Of a DNA stretch of 46,464 nt, positions 45,450 to 46,464 are shown piece by piece. Numbering within the stretch: the stretch's first letter is position 1; each line of letters opens with the position of its first letter. The notes under the pieces were generated by a model, which saw only the letters and a list, made by a program, of their open reading frames with translations, made no database searches and was not told the origin of the DNA. This stretch comes from Candidatus Micrarchaeota archaeon (lineage in GTDB: Archaea; Micrarchaeota; Micrarchaeia; Micrarchaeales; CABMGC01), in contig JAGWHH010000002.1 in NCBI GenBank assembly GCA_028866935.1, forward strand, positions 1 to 46,464. The letters are read 5' to 3'. The translations under genes were made by a program, and so were the position numbers.

Positions 45450-46126
45450 TACCTGAGAATTCCCCCAACCTCGTTTGTGGTTGAAGCCTAATTCTACATC
45501 AAATATACGTTTTTCTTGAGAAAAAGTAGCGACGCGACGTGATGTTCGTCGCGCCGAAGTATCAACGATGAGTCTAACTCATGCAAAAAATATAAAGGAA
45601 TTGGACTTGGTGTACAATTTTCAGCACATTGTGCCTGTATCAAAGTACCGATTCAAAGTCTTCAGAAATCCAAGGACGCAGAAAGTTGTTGCAGATGCAT
45701 TCAGAGAAGTGGAAATACAATTCGGCATCAAGATAAAGGAATTTGCCTTCGGGGACGATTATGCACACATTCACATGGAAGTTAACGTACCCAGAAATCT
45801 TTCGATGCAGCAGGTGGAACAGATTTTGAAATCACACTCTGCCTCTAAAGTATTCAAAGAAATGCCAAATTTCATTAAAAGATATCCTGACAAACATTTC
45901 TGGGGTGGTCAACCTTCAGGAACCAGCGTAGGGCCTGTGGGTGAACACGTCATACAGAATTACATCAGAATGCAGGATGTTTCTTACGAACCGTTTCTGC
46001 AACACGAAGAGCAAAGACCTCAGATGAAACTGCAATTAAACTGATGCGTAGGTCGCCTTCCGCTGGTTTTCCGCGTATGGACCCGACCATGCCGAGGGTT
46101 TATAAGGGGCCAAGCCCCCTATTTCA
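45448..46126 (+). mobile_element. IS200/IS605-like element 2 (Y1 transposase only)
   Basis: Conserved ends shared with element 1. Left-end hairpin cgcgacg-tgatgtt-cgtcgcg (45533-45553), right-end hairpin 46102-46122. Confidence 0.65.
45568..46044 (+). CDS. tnpA: divergent IS200/IS605-like Y1 (HUH) transposase
   Basis: HIVPVSKYRFKVF, HUH motif AHIHMEV, LKSHSASKVF, FWGG...SVG, and the Tyr motif QNYIRMQ. Its ATG sits at the conserved caacgATG of the left end. Confidence 0.7.
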   Translation: MSLTHAKNIKELDLVYNFQHIVPVSKYRFKVFRNPRTQKVVADAFREVEIQFGIKIKEFAFGDDYAHIHMEVNVPRNLSMQQVEQILKSHSASKVFKEMPNFIKRYPDKHFWGGQPSGTSVGPVGEHVIQNYIRMQDVSYEPFLQHEEQRPQMKLQLN

Positions 46127-46145
46127 TAATATGGTCTTTCATTAA

Positions 46146-46382
46146 ATGAATGGTAATATGGCATCTAGGGCAATAATAATCGGAATAGTCTTGCTTATAC
46201 TAATCATAATAATAGGAATTTTTGTTCTATACACTCTTGGCAATACCAAAAGTCATACGCCGCAATATTCGGGGCGTAACCAAAGTGGATACAACTCCAG
46301 CGGATACAACTCAACAGGCTACAACCGGAGCGGATACAACTCCTCAGTGACCATAGTTAAGAAAGGCGGCCCGATAAGCTAG
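46146..46382 (+). CDS. small TM-anchored protein with four SGYNx pentapeptide (N-glycosylation sequon) repeats
   Basis: TM helix AIIIGIVLLILIIIIGIFVLY, then SGYNSSGYNSTGYNRSGYNSS encoded by 4 x 15-nt tandem repeats (46287-46346). Confidence 0.45.
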   Translation: MNGNMASRAIIIGIVLLILIIIIGIFVLYTLGNTKSHTPQYSGRNQSGYNSSGYNSTGYNRSGYNSSVTIVKKGGPIS

Positions 46383-46464
46383 AGCTAAGCTTCCAGATCT
46401 TTACGGCCAAACCCAACACTGACCAAAACTGAAGGCGCACATATTCTCAAAAGAACAGAATTCA

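Noticed and set aside
45568-46044. Initial impression that the second Y1 transposase had lost its catalytic tyrosine (FWGGQPSGTSVG versus FWSPEKFYRSVG)
   Set aside because: In IS200/IS605 TnpA the catalytic Tyr lies in the C-terminal Y-I-x-x-Q helix, not in the ..SVG segment. Both proteins retain it (RNYVRKQ and QNYIRMQ).
46287-46346. Short tandem repeats checked as a possible CRISPR-like or minisatellite array
   Set aside because: The units are contiguous 15-mers without spacers, in frame inside an ORF. This is a coding pentapeptide repeat, not a CRISPR array. No CRISPR array was seen anywhere in the window.

Overview
The window looks like an archaeal chromosomal segment. The evidence is an archaeal-order ribosomal protein cluster (uL3-uL4-uL23-uL2-uS19-uL22-uS3, then uL29-aSUI1), class I LysRS, two-subunit 2-oxoacid:ferredoxin oxidoreductase, the archaeal thiolase/HMG-CoA synthase/DUF35 trio, class I HMG-CoA reductase, 'QSAMEYL' class-III (type IV pilin-like) signal peptides, a thermopsin-like protease and TATA-like boxes about 25 nt upstream of several start codons. 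The thermopsin-like protein and the many N-x-S/T-rich surface proteins suggest an acidophile (Thermoplasmata-like or DPANN/Micrarchaeota-like). That assignment is inference only. Roughly 7-21 kb is core metabolism and translation. The rest is more accessory: pilin-like LamG proteins, large surface glycoproteins, an MFS transporter flanked by a repeated hairpin motif, a compact amidoligase/amidohydrolase cluster, a Zn/Mn-type ABC importer with a NikR-like regulator, and two IS200/IS605-like Y1-transposase elements. The most notable observations are: (1) a GCS2 ligase + ATP-grasp + Ntn-amidotransferase-like + amidohydrolase cluster at 30.0-34.5 kb with no obvious known pathway assignment; (2) a LAGLIDADG intein inserted inside the CxxC Fe-S motif of the OFOR beta subunit; (3) a four-member paralogous family of unknown function, one copy sandwiched between the two IS200-like elements; (4) a repeated two-hairpin motif with compensatory base changes around the MFS and small-membrane-protein genes; (5) tandem pilin-like proteins whose LamG domain appears circularly permuted. 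No CRISPR array, rRNA gene or prophage was seen. All calls come from reading the translations and sequence by eye. No database search was run.
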